Source: Alphaproteobacteria bacterium (GTDB taxonomy: Bacteria; Pseudomonadota; Alphaproteobacteria; UBA828). From it: 64,000 nt of DNA. Below the pieces are notes generated by a model. It was given only the letters and a program-made list of their open reading frames with translations. It was not told the origin of the DNA and made no database searches. The DNA is taken from assembly GCA_963667785.2 (NCBI GenBank), contig CAXXMU010000006.1, positions 24,547 to 88,546 of the forward strand. The letters run 5' to 3'. A program made the translations under genes and the position numbers. The first letter of the stretch is position 1, and each line of letters starts with the position of its first letter. Shown here piece after piece: positions 1 to 10,625 of the stretch.

Positions 1-645
1 GGCGGGATCGCGGCAGAAGTCGATGATCGCCTGCTCCTTGGCCGTGATCGCAGCCGCCGCCTCGAGGATCTGCGGCACCAGCGCGGGCGGCACGGCGACG
101 GCGCCGTTCACGTCCGCATGGACGAGGGTGTCGGTGCGGGCGTAGAGGCCGGCGACGTTGACCTCGCAGTCGAAGGCGGCACGGTGATAGTCGGCGCGGT
201 TGGGGGCGATGCCGCCGCAGAGCACCTGGAAGCCCTCGGCCATGCCGGCCACGTCGCGCACCGCGCCGTTGGTGACGAGGCCGATGCAGCCCAGCGCGCT
301 GTGCATGAAGCTCATCACCTCGCCGAAGAGCGCGTTGCTGGCGGCGTGCGGCGTGTCGGCATCCTGCACCATGACGATGCGGGGCGCAGGCCCCCGGGCC
401 ACGTAGTCGAACCAGTCGAGGTCCTGCGCCCTCTCGCCCTCGGCATCGAGACCGCCCGGCTCCTGCGTCCGGTAGAGCGTGGTGCGGGCGTAGCCGACCA
501 TGGGCGGCAGCCCGGGGCGGGCACAGTGGAGCATCGCCTTGGTCGAGTGCCGCGCGGCCTCCGGCGCCACGGCGAGCAGCGCGTTGCAGATGGTCGGCGT
601 GTCGTAGCGGCCGAGCGCCGCGAGATCGATGTCGTGAGCGGTCAT
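1..645 (-). CDS. RraA family / aldolase-like protein (partial; C-terminus lies outside the window)
   Basis: Absent from the ORF track because it runs off the window edge. Manual reverse translation from ATG at 645 gives MTAHDIDLAALGRYDTPTICNALLAVAPEAARHSTKAMLHCARPGLPPMVGYARTTLYRTQEPGG...SALGCIGLVTNGAVRDVAGM. The G-x-V-x-N-G-x-V-R-D core is typical of the RraA family. GGAGGG lies just upstream of the ATG. Confidence 0.65.
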   Translation of the reverse strand, partial: MTAHDIDLAALGRYDTPTICNALLAVAPEAARHSTKAMLHCARPGLPPMVGYARTTLYRTQEPGGLDAEGERAQDLDWFDYVARGPAPRIVMVQDADTPHAASNALFGEVMSFMHSALGCIGLVTNGAVRDVAGMAEGFQVLCGGIAPNRADYHRAAFDCEVNVAGLYARTDTLVHADVNGAVAVPPALVPQILEAAAAITAKEQAIIDFCRDPA

Positions 646-753
646 GGAGCCCTCCCCGCCCCCTCATAGCCGCGCGGCAGAGCGCTGGCAATCGGCGGTC
701 TTGCGCGCAGGGCCCCCGGTCGCCACCATCGGGCAAACGGAGGGGTGACGCGC

Positions 754-1671
754 ATGAGCATCAGGATCGAGTGCATCCTCGACTGCGGCAACCATCTGGG
801 CGAGGGCCCGGTGTGGGACGTGGACGAGGGCCGGCTCTACTGGGTGGACGGCACCGGGCGACGGGTGGGCAAGCCTGAGCTCTGGCGCATGGACCCGAAG
901 AGCGGCAAGGTCGAGAACTGGACTCTCGGCGAGCACGACATCGGCGCGCTCGCGCTTCGCGCCGGCGGCGGCGCTGTGATGGCGCTGGACGACGGGTTCT
1001 ACTTCTTCGACTACGAGAAGGCGGAGATGGAGCTGATCACCAAGGTCGACGCCGAGCAGCCGCGCACCCGGCTCAACGACGGCAAGTGCGACCGGCGCGG
1101 GCGCTTCTTCGCCGGCGGCATGGACGACAAGGAGGAGCTCACCATCTGTGGCCTGTGGCGGCTCGACCCCGACCTCAGCGTAACCAAGGTGGACGACGGC
1201 ATCATCTGCACCAACGGCCCGTGCTGGAGCCCGGACGACAGCACCTTCTACCTGGCCGACAGCTTCCAGGACGAGTTCTGGGCCTACGACTACGACATCG
1301 AGACCGGCTCGCTCTCCAACAAGCGGGTGTTCGCCTCGACGAAGGACGACGCCGGCGTCGCCGACGGCTCCACCGTGGACGAGGAGGGCTGCCTCTGGAA
1401 CGCCCAGGTGATCGGCGGCGAGCTGGTGCGCTACGCGCCGGACGGCTCGGTCGAGCGTCGCATCGGCATGCCCGTGAAGAACGTCACCAGCGTGATGTTC
1501 GGCGGCGACGACCTGGACGTACTCTACGTCACCTCCATGGCGCGCGTGCAGCACCCGGCGGTGCACGACATGTTTGCGGTGGAGGCCAAGCCGCAGTTCC
1601 TGGCCGGCGGCCTGTTCGCCGTGACCGGGCTCGGCATCCGCGGCATCCCGGAGCCCCGCTTCGCCGGCTGA
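754..1671 (+). CDS. SMP-30/gluconolactonase/LRE family protein
   Basis: ORF 745..1671. GEGPVWD...LYWVD near the N-terminus and a repeated beta-propeller-like pattern. ATG at 754 is preferred over GTG 745 because GGAGG lies 8-10 nt upstream. Confidence 0.85.
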   Translation: MSIRIECILDCGNHLGEGPVWDVDEGRLYWVDGTGRRVGKPELWRMDPKSGKVENWTLGEHDIGALALRAGGGAVMALDDGFYFFDYEKAEMELITKVDAEQPRTRLNDGKCDRRGRFFAGGMDDKEELTICGLWRLDPDLSVTKVDDGIICTNGPCWSPDDSTFYLADSFQDEFWAYDYDIETGSLSNKRVFASTKDDAGVADGSTVDEEGCLWNAQVIGGELVRYAPDGSVERRIGMPVKNVTSVMFGGDDLDVLYVTSMARVQHPAVHDMFAVEAKPQFLAGGLFAVTGLGIRGIPEPRFAG

Positions 1672-1693
1672 GGGATCGACGGCGCTCGCCGCC

Positions 1694-1981
1694 TCAGGTC
1701 TTGCGGATGAAGTTGTCGGCGTAGGACTTGGGCCGGACCGTGCGCGTCTGCGGCTCCTCCACCACGTAGGCGAGGCTGTGTCGCCTCGCGTAGGCGACCG
1801 CCTGCTGCTTCGTCGCAAAGCTCAGACTGAGCTGCTGTGTGGTGTCGTCGGAGCCGGTCCAGCCCATGAGGTCGTCCACCGCGCGCTGCCCGCGCGGGCT
1901 GTGCTCCAGCACCCAGCGGGCGGTCTTCGCCCGGCCCGACTGGGTCGCCGTCTTCGCCGGCCTGTAGATGCGCACCTCCAT
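1694..1981 (-). CDS. ETC complex I subunit conserved-region protein (NDUFS4-like)
   Basis: 95-aa ORF MEVRIYRPAKTATQSGRAKTARWVLEH...LMGWTGSDDT...F.TKQQAVAYARRH. This matches the small alphaproteobacterial NDUFS4-like family. Confidence 0.8.
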   Translation of the reverse strand: MEVRIYRPAKTATQSGRAKTARWVLEHSPRGQRAVDDLMGWTGSDDTTQQLSLSFATKQQAVAYARRHSLAYVVEEPQTRTVRPKSYADNFIRKT

Positions 1982-2020
1982 CGCCCAACCCCTTAGCGCG
2001 ACCCCACGACGGCGGCAAGT

Positions 2021-2653
2021 CTAGGCTGAAGCACTCGGCCGCTCGCCGACCTCGGCGAACCAGCGGGCGACGTCGGCGCAGTCCGCCGGGATCTCGATCT
2101 CCGCCCGCTTGGCGAAGTCGATCGTCACGAATGCGGTGATGTCGGCGATGGAGAACGCATCGCCGGCGAGGTGGCGGCTTTCGGCGAGCCGGCCGTCGAG
2201 CTTGGCGAAGAAGCGCTCCATGGACTGCCTGCCGCGCTCGGCCAGGGCCGGGATCTGGGGAACGCCGCCCGTCACGCCGGCAACCCCGCGGTCCTCGAAC
2301 ATCGGCGCGCTGTTCCGCACCGCATCGACGGCCGTCAGATAGCCCTCGAGCTCCGCCCGGCGGTTCCACATCTCGATGATCGCCTTCTCCTTGGCGTCGC
2401 GGCCCATCAGGTTGGGCTCGGGATGGGTCTCCTCCAGATAGCGGCAGATGGCGACCGTCTCGCCGATGGGCGTGCCGTCGTCGAGCACCAGAGTCGGCAC
2501 CACGCAGTTGGGGTTCACGGCACGGTACTCGTCGGTGAACTGCTGCCGCTCGCGGGTGTTGATCTGCACGCTGGGGATCTCGAGCCCCTTCTCGGCGATG
2601 AACATCCGCACCCGGCGCGGGCCGGGCGCGAGCGAAAACTCGTAGAGCATCAT
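2021..2653 (-). CDS. Glutathione S-transferase
   Basis: C-terminal 210 aa of ORF 2021..3787, starting MMLYEFSLAPGPRRVRMFIAEKGL...VPTLVLDDGTPIGETVAICRYLEE (GST N-terminal thioredoxin-like motif). The part of the ORF upstream of 2653 is antisense to the amidase gene and is not coding. Confidence 0.85.
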   Translation of the reverse strand: MMLYEFSLAPGPRRVRMFIAEKGLEIPSVQINTRERQQFTDEYRAVNPNCVVPTLVLDDGTPIGETVAICRYLEETHPEPNLMGRDAKEKAIIEMWNRRAELEGYLTAVDAVRNSAPMFEDRGVAGVTGGVPQIPALAERGRQSMERFFAKLDGRLAESRHLAGDAFSIADITAFVTIDFAKRAEIEIPADCADVARWFAEVGERPSASA

Positions 2654-2685
2654 GGCGCAGGTTCTCCCTCGGTCGGTGCCGCCGG

Positions 2686-4206
2686 TCAGAGCGTCCGCCA
2701 GTCGACCGACTGCTCGTAGGCGTGGGCGGCCCGGTAGATCGTCGCTTCGTCGAAGTGGCGGCCCGTCAGCATGAGGCCGACCGGCAGGCCGCCGCTCAGC
2801 CCGCAGGGAATGGTGAGCGACGGGTGGCCGGTGACGTTGAAGACGGCGGTGTTCGTCAGCATCTCGTGGGCGCGCTGGATGTAGAGGTCGATCGGCGCGT
2901 CCGGCGGCGGGATCGGCGTCGCCACCATCGGCACCGTCGGCATGGCGATCGCGTCGCAGTCTTCGAGCGCGCTGTCGTAGGCCGCGCGGATGCGCCGGGC
3001 CACGTTCTGCGCCTTGCCGTAGTAGCGGCCGCCATACTGGTTCAGCATGTACTGGCCGAGCAGGATCGCGTACTTCAGCGTGTGGGGGAACTCGTCGGCC
3101 CGCTCGCGCCAGCGGGCGTAGCGGTCGATCAGGCTGGTGAGGTAGAGGCCCTTCCAGTTGGTGCCGAAGCCGTTGCCGTTCATCATGCAATCGACCGTGC
3201 CCTCGAGCCCGATCGGGGTCCAGACGGCGCCGCCCACCAGATGCTCGGGGATGCTGATCTCGCGCACGGCCGCGCCGAGCGACTCGTAGCGGGCGATGGC
3301 GGCGCGCACCGTCTCGTCCACGCCGGGCTCGGCGTTGGGGTGGCCGAAGCCCTCCGCCACCACGCCGATGGTCAGTCCCTTGGCCCCCTGCTCCAGCGCG
3401 TCCGTGTAGGACGGGCTCTCCGGCACGCCCGCCTGGCGCGGGTCGAGCCCGTCGGGTCCGGCGATCACCTCCAGCAGCAGCGCGTTGTTCGCGACGGTGT
3501 CGGTCATCGGGCCGATATGGTCGAGGGTCAGCTCGATGGGCATCACGCCCGTGTAGGGAACGAGCCCGTGGGTGGGTTTGAGCCCGACGATGCCGCACAT
3601 CGACGCCGGGATGCGGACCGAGCCGCCCTGGTCGCCGCCCAGCGCCATCTCCACGTCGCCGGCGGCGACCACCGCGCCCGAGCCCGAGGAGGAGCCGCCG
3701 GTGGTGTGGCCCTGCTTCCACGGGTTCTGCGCCGGCAGGCCGGTCGCGTTGGTGTGGCTCCCGCCGGAGAAGCAGAGATACTCGCACGCGGTCTTGCCGG
3801 CGATCTCGCCGCCCGCGTCGAGGATGCGGCGGACGGCGGTGGCGTCCACCTCGGGCACGTAGCCTTCGAGGACGGAGGCGCCGTTCATCATCGGCACGCC
3901 GGCGACGCAGATGTTGTCCTTGATCCCGACCCTTTTGCCGGCGAGCGGGCCCTCGGCAGCGCCCTCGATCGCCGTCTTCCAGTACCAGCCGTTGTGCGGG
4001 TTCTCGTCGCCGCCAGGCCGGTGGCCGGGAACGCGCGGCCAGGCGACCTGCGGCAGCTCGTCGGCCATCGAATCGACGGCGTCGTAGCCCGCCAGCATCG
4101 GCTGCATGGCCGCGAGGTACTGAGCGGCCTCGTCCGCGCCGAGATGCATGCCGAGCTGGGCGCCGACCTCGACGATCTGCTCGGCGGTGGGACCCTTGAC
4201 CGGCAT
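2686..4206 (-). CDS. Amidase (amidase-signature family)
   Basis: 506-aa ORF with the GGSSSGSGAVVAAG amidase signature and a Ser-cisSer-Lys-type context. Confidence 0.9.
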   Translation of the reverse strand: MPVKGPTAEQIVEVGAQLGMHLGADEAAQYLAAMQPMLAGYDAVDSMADELPQVAWPRVPGHRPGGDENPHNGWYWKTAIEGAAEGPLAGKRVGIKDNICVAGVPMMNGASVLEGYVPEVDATAVRRILDAGGEIAGKTACEYLCFSGGSHTNATGLPAQNPWKQGHTTGGSSSGSGAVVAAGDVEMALGGDQGGSVRIPASMCGIVGLKPTHGLVPYTGVMPIELTLDHIGPMTDTVANNALLLEVIAGPDGLDPRQAGVPESPSYTDALEQGAKGLTIGVVAEGFGHPNAEPGVDETVRAAIARYESLGAAVREISIPEHLVGGAVWTPIGLEGTVDCMMNGNGFGTNWKGLYLTSLIDRYARWRERADEFPHTLKYAILLGQYMLNQYGGRYYGKAQNVARRIRAAYDSALEDCDAIAMPTVPMVATPIPPPDAPIDLYIQRAHEMLTNTAVFNVTGHPSLTIPCGLSGGLPVGLMLTGRHFDEATIYRAAHAYEQSVDWRTL

Positions 4207-4255
4207 GGACGTTCTCCCTCTCGCCGCGCCCCGCGTCGTGCCGCTGGTCTATGAC

Positions 4256-4720
4256 CTAGCCGGTCGCCTCGATGGCAGGCGTGCCGTAGAGCTGGCGCGC
4301 GCGCCCCTCGAAGGCCCGCACCATGCGGTCCACGGCATCGGCGAAGAGCCCGCCCATGACGCGCTTGAGCAGGCGCGAGCGGAACTCGAAGTCGACGAAG
4401 AAATCCACCTCGCAGCCGTCCGTCCGCTCGCTGAAGCGCCAGCGGTTGACCAGGTAGCGGAAGGGGCCGTGGGTGTAGTTCACCTCGATGCGGTAGTCGT
4501 CCCGGTGAAGCTGCACGCGGGAGCCGAAGCGCTCGCGGAACATCATGAAGCCGATCAGCATGTCGGCCTCGACGATGCCGGGCTCGCCGGGCTCGCGCCT
4601 GGTCACGCGGGTGCCGAGGCACCAGGGCAGGAACTCGGGATAGCGCTCCACCTCGGCCACGAGATCGAACATCTGGGCCGAGCTGTAGGGGAGGACGCGA
4701 CGCTCGACGTGCTGCGGCAT
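4256..4720 (-). CDS. SRPBCC family protein (RatA / COQ10-like ubiquinone-binding protein)
   Basis: 154 aa from ATG 4720: MPQHVERRVLPYSSAQMFDLVAEVERYPEFLPWC. It sits in the conserved position next to lipA. Confidence 0.8.
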   Translation of the reverse strand: MPQHVERRVLPYSSAQMFDLVAEVERYPEFLPWCLGTRVTRREPGEPGIVEADMLIGFMMFRERFGSRVQLHRDDYRIEVNYTHGPFRYLVNRWRFSERTDGCEVDFFVDFEFRSRLLKRVMGGLFADAVDRMVRAFEGRARQLYGTPAIEATG

Positions 4721-4731
4721 GGGGCGCGCCT

Positions 4732-5673
4732 TCAGGCGCCGGCGGGGGCGGCGCCGGCGAGCCTGGCCTCGCGGTTGGCCCTGAGCGTCCGGAAGTCGTC
4801 GCCTGCGTGATAGGAGGAGCGCGTGAGCGGCGAGGAGGACACCATCAGGAAGCCCTTGGCGTAGGCCAGCTTCTCGTACTCGGCGAACTCGTCCGGCGTG
4901 ACGTAGCGCATCACCTCGTGGTGCCGCTCGGTCGGACGCAGGTACTGGCCGATGGTGAGAAAGTCCACGTCCGCCGAGCGCAGGTCGTCCATCACCTGGA
5001 GGATCTCGCGGCGCTCCTCGCCGAGCCCCACCATGACGCCCGACTTGGTGAAGATCGAGGGATCGCGGCACTTGACCTGATCCAGCAGGCGGAGCGAGTG
5101 GTAGTAGCGCGCGCCGGGCCGCACCTCGGTATAGAGGCGCGGCACCGTCTCCAGATTGTGGTTGTAGACGTCGGGCTTCGCGTCCGCGACCGCCTCGATC
5201 GCGCCCGCCTTGTTGCGGAAGTCGGGCGTCAGCACCTCGATGGTGGTCCCGGGCGCGGTCTCGCGCAGACGCTCGATGCAGCGCACGAACTGGAAGGCGC
5301 CGCCGTCGTCGAGGTCGTCGCGGTCGACCGAGGTGATGACCACATGGTCGAGGCCGAGCGCCGAGACCGCCTCGGCCAGCTCGTCCGGCTCGTGCGGGTC
5401 GAGCTGATCGGGCCGGCCGGTCTTCACGTTGCAGAAGGCACACGCCCGGGTGCAGACCGAGCCGAGGATCATCACCGTCGCGTGGCCCTTGGCCCAGCAC
5501 TCGCCGATATTGGGGCAGGCGGCCTCCTCGCACACGGTGTTCAGCCGGTGCGTCCGCATCAGCCGGCGCGTCGCGTTGTAGGCGGGCGATGTCGGCGCCT
5601 TGACCCGGAGCCAGCCCGGCTTGGGCTGGCGGTCGGTGCGTGGCTTCAGCGGTGTGACCTGCGAATCCGTCAT
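4732..5673 (-). CDS. lipA: Lipoyl synthase
   Basis: 313 aa with [13 protein letters not shown] and the radical-SAM [10 protein letters not shown] motifs. Confidence 0.95.
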   Translation of the reverse strand: MTDSQVTPLKPRTDRQPKPGWLRVKAPTSPAYNATRRLMRTHRLNTVCEEAACPNIGECWAKGHATVMILGSVCTRACAFCNVKTGRPDQLDPHEPDELAEAVSALGLDHVVITSVDRDDLDDGGAFQFVRCIERLRETAPGTTIEVLTPDFRNKAGAIEAVADAKPDVYNHNLETVPRLYTEVRPGARYYHSLRLLDQVKCRDPSIFTKSGVMVGLGEERREILQVMDDLRSADVDFLTIGQYLRPTERHHEVMRYVTPDEFAEYEKLAYAKGFLMVSSSPLTRSSYHAGDDFRTLRANREARLAGAAPAGA

Positions 5674-5694
5674 GGGCGCGCCCTCGTCTTGCGC

Positions 5695-7098
5695 CTAGAT
5701 GTGGAGGACGCGCCCATAGGCGTCAAGCACCGATTCGTGCATCGCCTCGGAAAGCGTGGGATGCGGGAAGATCGTCTCGGCGAGCTCCGCCTCGGTGCAC
5801 TCCAGCGTGCGCGCGACCGTGTAGCCCTGGATCAGCTCGGTCACCTCGGGCCCGATCATGTGGGCGCCGAGCAGCTCGCCCGTGGCCTCGTCGAACACGG
5901 TCTTGACGAAGCCCTCCGGCTCGCCGAGCGCGATCGCCTTGCCGTTGCCGATGAAGGGGAAGCGCCCGACGCGGACCGCGTGGCCGGCCTCCTTCGCCGC
6001 GGCCTCGGTGAGCCCGACCGAGGCGACCTGGGGCCGGCAGTAGGTGCAGGCCGGCACCCGGGTGGTGTCGAGCGGGCGGACGCCGTCCGCGCCCGCGATC
6101 CTCTCCACGCAGAGCACGCCCTCGTGGCTGGCCTTGTGGGCGAGCCAGGGCGGGCCGGTGACGTCGCCGATGGCGTAGACGCCGGGCTCGCCCGTCGCCA
6201 TCCAGGGGTCGGTCCGGATGTGGCCCTTCTCGACGACGACGCCGGTGCCCTCGAGGCCCAGGTCCTCGACATTGCCGACGATGCCGGCGGCGAGGATCGC
6301 GCGGTCGAAGGTGGCCTCCTCCGTCTTGCCGTCGCTTGTCTCGATCGCCGCCTGCACCATCCCGCCCACGACCGCGAGTCCGTTTACCCGCGCGCCGGTG
6401 TGGATGGTCAGGCCCTGCGCCTTGAACGCCTTGGCCGCGGCGGCGGAGATCTCCTCGTCCTCGACCGGCAGGATGCGCGGCAGAAGCTCGACCACGGTGA
6501 CCGCGCTGCCGAGATCGGCATAGAAGCTCGCGAACTCCATGCCGATGGCGCCCGCGCCGATCACCAGCAGGGAAGCGGGCTGCGCGGAGGGCACCATCGC
6601 CTCCTTGTAGGTCCAGATCATGGTGCCGTCGGGCTCGAGCCCCGGCAGCACCCGCGCGCGTGCGCCGGTGGCGAGGATGATGTGGGCGGCACGGACCGTC
6701 TGCGCCTCCCCGCCTTCCTTCGTGACCTCGAGCGCGCCGGGGCCTGCGAGCCGGCCCCGGCCCTCGATGACGGTCACCCCGTTCTTCTTCATCAGGTAGG
6801 CGACGCCGAGGGAGAGCTGGTCGGCGACGCCGCGCGAATAGGCGACGACCTTCTCGATGTCCACCGAGACGTCGCCCGCGGTGATGCCGAAATCGCCGAG
6901 GCGGCCGAGCGTATGACGAAGCTCGGAGACCCTGAGCAGTGCCTTGGTCGGGATGCAGCCCCAGTTGAGGCAGATGCCGCCGAGGCGATCGCTCTCGACC
7001 ACGGCGGTCTTGAGCCCGAGCTGGCTGGCACGGATCGCCGCGACATAGCCGCCGGGCCCGCTGCCGACGATGACGACGTCAAAGGACGCATCCGCCAT
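5695..7098 (-). CDS. lpdA: Dihydrolipoyl dehydrogenase (E3)
   Basis: 467 aa with the VVIVGSGPGGY FAD motif and the GGICLNWGCIPTK redox-active disulfide motif. Confidence 0.95.
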   Translation of the reverse strand: MADASFDVVIVGSGPGGYVAAIRASQLGLKTAVVESDRLGGICLNWGCIPTKALLRVSELRHTLGRLGDFGITAGDVSVDIEKVVAYSRGVADQLSLGVAYLMKKNGVTVIEGRGRLAGPGALEVTKEGGEAQTVRAAHIILATGARARVLPGLEPDGTMIWTYKEAMVPSAQPASLLVIGAGAIGMEFASFYADLGSAVTVVELLPRILPVEDEEISAAAAKAFKAQGLTIHTGARVNGLAVVGGMVQAAIETSDGKTEEATFDRAILAAGIVGNVEDLGLEGTGVVVEKGHIRTDPWMATGEPGVYAIGDVTGPPWLAHKASHEGVLCVERIAGADGVRPLDTTRVPACTYCRPQVASVGLTEAAAKEAGHAVRVGRFPFIGNGKAIALGEPEGFVKTVFDEATGELLGAHMIGPEVTELIQGYTVARTLECTEAELAETIFPHPTLSEAMHESVLDAYGRVLHI

Positions 7099-7147
7099 GA
7101 TGTCCTCCGGTCTCGTATGCGTGAGGGGCCGGCAAGGCCGGCTCCCG

Positions 7148-8455
7148 CTAGAGAAGCATGGTGAGCGGGTCTTCGATCAGGCCCTTGAACGCCTGCAGGA
7201 AGGTGGCGCCGAGGGCGCCGTCGACCACCCGGTGATCGACCGAGAGCGTGCACGTCATCTGGGTCGCCACCGCGAGCGCGCCGTCCCGGACCACGGGCCG
7301 CTGCGCGGCGGCGCCGACGGCGAGGATCATCGACTGCGGCGGGTTGATGATCGCCGCAAACTCCCTGATGCCGTACATGCCGAGGTTGGAGACGCTGAAG
7401 GTGCCGCCCTGGTACTCCTCCGGCGCGAGCCCCATGGGCTTGGCGCGGGCGCGGCCGGCGAGCTCCTTCACCTCGGCGGAGATCTCGGCAAGGCCCTTGT
7501 TGGCCGCATTGCGCACGATGGGCGTCACCAGCCCGTCCTCGATGGCGACGGCGACCGAGACATCGACGCTCGCGTAGCGCCTCAGCGCGCCGTCCACCCA
7601 GGAGGCGTTGGCCGCCGGCACCTTGCGCAGCGCCAGCGCCGCGGCGCGGATCACGAAGTCGTTGACCGAGAGCGAGTAGTCGTCGGAGCGGCCGTTGAGC
7701 TCGGCCCGGGTCTCCAGCAGCGCATCGACCGTGCAATCGACGGTGAGGTAGAAGTGCGGTACGTCGCGCTTCGCCTCCTGCAGGCGCTGGGCGATGACCT
7801 TGCGCATGGTGCTCGCGGGCACGTCCTCCCAGGCGGCTGCGGCGGGCGCGGCAGGCGCCGTCGGAGCGGCCGGGGCCGGCGCGGGCGCGGCAGCGGGAGC
7901 GGAAACGGCAGCGGGGGCCTCGGCAGTCGCTGCGATCGCCGCCTCGACATCGGCCTTCACGATGCGTCCGCCGGGTCCGGTGCCGGCGATCGCCTCGAGC
8001 GCCAGGCCGGCTTGCTTAGCCATGCGGCGCGCCAGCGGGCTCGCGAAGATGCGCGCACCGGGCTCGCGCGCGGGCGCGGGGGCTGCAGCGGCAGGCGCGG
8101 CTTCCGGCGTCGGCGCGGCGGGCGCGGCCTCGGGCGCAGGTTCGGCCGGAGCGGGAGCGGGGCTTGCGGCCGGCGCGGCGGCCGCGGCACCGTCGAGCGC
8201 AGAGGCGTCCTCGTCCTCTTCCAGGATCAGCCCGATGACCGCGTTCACCGCCACGCCCTCGGTGCCGGCGGGGACGACGATCCGGCCGAGGGTTCCCTCG
8301 TCGGTCGCCTCCACCTCCATCGTCGCCTTGTCGGTCTCGATCTCGCACAGGATATCGCCGGCCGCGACCGGGTCGCCCTCGTTCTTGAACCAGCTCGCGA
8401 CGTTGCCCTCGGTCATCGTCGGCGAGAGGGCCGGCATCAGAATCTGAATCGGCAT
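7148..8455 (-). CDS. pdhC: Pyruvate dehydrogenase complex dihydrolipoamide acetyltransferase (E2)
   Basis: 435 aa with an N-terminal lipoyl domain (EIETDKATMEVEA), an Ala/Pro-rich linker, and a C-terminal catalytic DHRVVDGA motif. Confidence 0.95.
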   Translation of the reverse strand: MPIQILMPALSPTMTEGNVASWFKNEGDPVAAGDILCEIETDKATMEVEATDEGTLGRIVVPAGTEGVAVNAVIGLILEEDEDASALDGAAAAAPAASPAPAPAEPAPEAAPAAPTPEAAPAAAAPAPAREPGARIFASPLARRMAKQAGLALEAIAGTGPGGRIVKADVEAAIAATAEAPAAVSAPAAAPAPAPAAPTAPAAPAAAAWEDVPASTMRKVIAQRLQEAKRDVPHFYLTVDCTVDALLETRAELNGRSDDYSLSVNDFVIRAAALALRKVPAANASWVDGALRRYASVDVSVAVAIEDGLVTPIVRNAANKGLAEISAEVKELAGRARAKPMGLAPEEYQGGTFSVSNLGMYGIREFAAIINPPQSMILAVGAAAQRPVVRDGALAVATQMTCTLSVDHRVVDGALGATFLQAFKGLIEDPLTMLL

Positions 8456-8464
8456 GATGACTCC

Positions 8465-9448
8465 CTAGGTTCGGTAGCAGGCGCGGCGGGCCGCATCCGC
8501 TATGTCGGCGGCGCCGGGCAGGCTCGCGGCCTCCAGGCTGGCGGCATAGGGCATCGGCACGTCGGCGCCCGAGACCCGCTCGACCGGCGCGTCGAGCGCA
8601 TCGAAGGCGCGCTCCATGACCATCGCGGCAAGCTCGGCGCCGATGCCGGCGAACGGCCAGCCCTCCTCCACCGTGACCAGCCGGTTGGTCTTCTCTACCG
8701 AGGCCAGCACGGCCGCGCCGTCGAGTGGCCGGAGCGAGCGCAGGTCGACGACCTCGGCCTCGATGCCCTCTCCCGCCAGCGTCTCCGCCGCCTCCAGCGC
8801 GTTCCCCACCATGATCGAGAAGGCGGCGATGGTGACGTCGCCGCCGGCGCGCGCGATCGCGGCCTTGCCGATCGGCACCACGTGCTCGCCCTCGGCCGGG
8901 ACCTCGAAGCTCTGGCCGTAGAGAAGCTCGTTCTCCAGGAAGACGACGGGGTTGGGATCGCGGATGGCGGCCTTGAGCAGCCCCTTGGCGTCGGCCGCCG
9001 AATAGGGGGCGATCACCCGCCAGCCCGGCACGTGGGCGAACCAGCTCGCGTAGCACTGCGAGTGCTGCGCCGCGACCCGCGCGGCCGCGCCGTTGGGGCC
9101 GCGAAAGACCACGGGCACCGGCAGCAGGCCGCCGGACATGTAGAGCGTCTTCGCGGCCGAGTTGATCAGGTGATCCATCGCCTGCATGGCGAAGTTGAAG
9201 GTCATGAACTCGACGATGGGCTTGAGCCCGCCCATGGCGGCGCCCACGCCGATGCCGGCGAAGCCCGCCTCGGTGATCGGCGTATCGATCACGCGGCCGG
9301 CGCCGAACTCGTCGAGCAGGCCCTGGCTCACCTTGTAGGCGCCCTGGTATTCCGCGACCTCCTCCCCCATCAGGAAGACGTCGGGATCGGCCCGCATCTC
9401 CTCCGCCATCGCGTCGCGGAGCGCCTCGCGAACGGTCTGCTGCACCAT
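8465..9448 (-). CDS. pdhB: Pyruvate dehydrogenase E1 component beta subunit
   Basis: 327 aa of transketolase-like pyrimidine-binding and C-terminal domains. It lies between pdhA and pdhC. No N-terminal lipoyl domain is present. Confidence 0.95.
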   Translation of the reverse strand: MVQQTVREALRDAMAEEMRADPDVFLMGEEVAEYQGAYKVSQGLLDEFGAGRVIDTPITEAGFAGIGVGAAMGGLKPIVEFMTFNFAMQAMDHLINSAAKTLYMSGGLLPVPVVFRGPNGAAARVAAQHSQCYASWFAHVPGWRVIAPYSAADAKGLLKAAIRDPNPVVFLENELLYGQSFEVPAEGEHVVPIGKAAIARAGGDVTIAAFSIMVGNALEAAETLAGEGIEAEVVDLRSLRPLDGAAVLASVEKTNRLVTVEEGWPFAGIGAELAAMVMERAFDALDAPVERVSGADVPMPYAASLEAASLPGAADIADAARRACYRT

Positions 9449-9473
9449 GGCCGGCCGGCGTCCCCTGCGTCTC

Positions 9474-10493
9474 TCAGGCGCCGGCGACGACGTGGGACGC
9501 GAGCGCGGCTGGGTCGGGCTCGGGCGCTCCTTGCGCGAAGTCGGCGGCGTCGTTGACCACCGCCCTCACCTCCTTGTCGATCTCCTTGAGCGCCGCCTCG
9601 TCCGCATGGCCGCCGTCGACCAGCGCCTCCCGCGCCTGGGCGATCGGGTCGCGCTCCTCGCGCACCTTGCTCACCTCCTCACGGCTCCTGTACTTCGCCG
9701 GATCGGACATCGAGTGGCCACGATAGCGGTAGGTCATCATCTCCAGCAGGCGCGGCCCCTTGCCCGCCCTGAGCGCGGCGACCGCCTCCTGCGCCGCATG
9801 GAGCACGGCGCCCACGGCCATCCCGTCGACCCGCCCGCCCGGAATGCCGAACGCGCTGCCGCGCTCGTGCAGGTCGGAGACCGCCGCCGAGCGCTCCACC
9901 GAGGTGCCCATGGCGTACTGGTTGTTCTCGATCACGAAGAGCACGGGCAGCTGCCACAGAGCCGCCATGTTGAAGGCCTCGAACACCTGGCCCTGATTGG
10001 CCGCGCCGTCGCCGAAATAGGTGACGGAGATGCGGTCCGAGGCGCGGTACTTGTGGGCGAAGCCGAGGCCGACCCCGAGCGGCACCTGGGCGCCGACGAT
10101 GCCGTGGCCGCCGTAGAAGCCGCGCTCGGGCGCGAACAGGTGCATCGAGCCGCCCCTGCCCTGCGATGCGCCGGCCGCGCGCCCGGTGAGCTCCGCCATG
10201 ACGTCGCGGGGCGGGACGCCGGCGACCAGCATGTGGGCGTGGCAGCGGTAGCCGGTGATCACCGAATCGCCGGGCTCGAGCGCGTACTGCACGCCGGTGA
10301 CGACGGCCTCCTGCCCGATATAGAGGTGGCAGAAGCCGCCGATCAGGCCCATGCCGTAGAGCTGGCTGGCCTTCTCCTCGAAGCGCCGGAGCAGCAGCAT
10401 GTCGCGGTACGAGCGATGGAGCGCGTCGGGCTCCATCGCGGCCGCCTGCGCGGGCGCGGCGCCGCCACGGGCTCTCTTCTTGGCGGTCGCCAT
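9474..10493 (-). CDS. pdhA: Pyruvate dehydrogenase E1 component alpha subunit
   Basis: 339 aa with the ThDP-binding region [22 protein letters not shown]. Confidence 0.95.
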   Translation of the reverse strand: MATAKKRARGGAAPAQAAAMEPDALHRSYRDMLLLRRFEEKASQLYGMGLIGGFCHLYIGQEAVVTGVQYALEPGDSVITGYRCHAHMLVAGVPPRDVMAELTGRAAGASQGRGGSMHLFAPERGFYGGHGIVGAQVPLGVGLGFAHKYRASDRISVTYFGDGAANQGQVFEAFNMAALWQLPVLFVIENNQYAMGTSVERSAAVSDLHERGSAFGIPGGRVDGMAVGAVLHAAQEAVAALRAGKGPRLLEMMTYRYRGHSMSDPAKYRSREEVSKVREERDPIAQAREALVDGGHADEAALKEIDKEVRAVVNDAADFAQGAPEPDPAALASHVVAGA

Positions 10494-10625
10494 CTCCCCC
10501 TCTGCCCGATGCCGGTGCCGGCCGCAACGCCGCGGGCCGGCACGGAAACAGCCGCACGCTAGGTCAAACGACGCAGGCTGACAAGGGCAAGGCGGCTATT
10601 GCTTGCCATGACAAGAGATTTTCCG

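Noticed and set aside
7800-8230. Ala/Pro-rich, highly repetitive-looking stretch, with several overlapping ORFs predicted on both strands
   Set aside because: It is the flexible inter-domain linker region of the E2 acetyltransferase (pdhC), a normal feature of 2-oxoacid dehydrogenase E2 proteins.
8465-9448. PdhB of only 327 aa, lacking the N-terminal lipoyl domain found in the PdhB of some alphaproteobacteria
   Set aside because: Both forms are known among bacteria, and the E2 here carries its own lipoyl domain, so this is lineage variation rather than an anomaly.
10518-10546. 9-bp perfect stem (GTGCCGGCC ... GGCCGGCAC) between ftsB and pdhA, considered as an intrinsic terminator
   Set aside because: There is no U-tract on the transcribed (minus) strand, the loop is 11 nt, and such GC-rich stems are frequent by chance in this DNA. 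The evidence is insufficient to annotate it.
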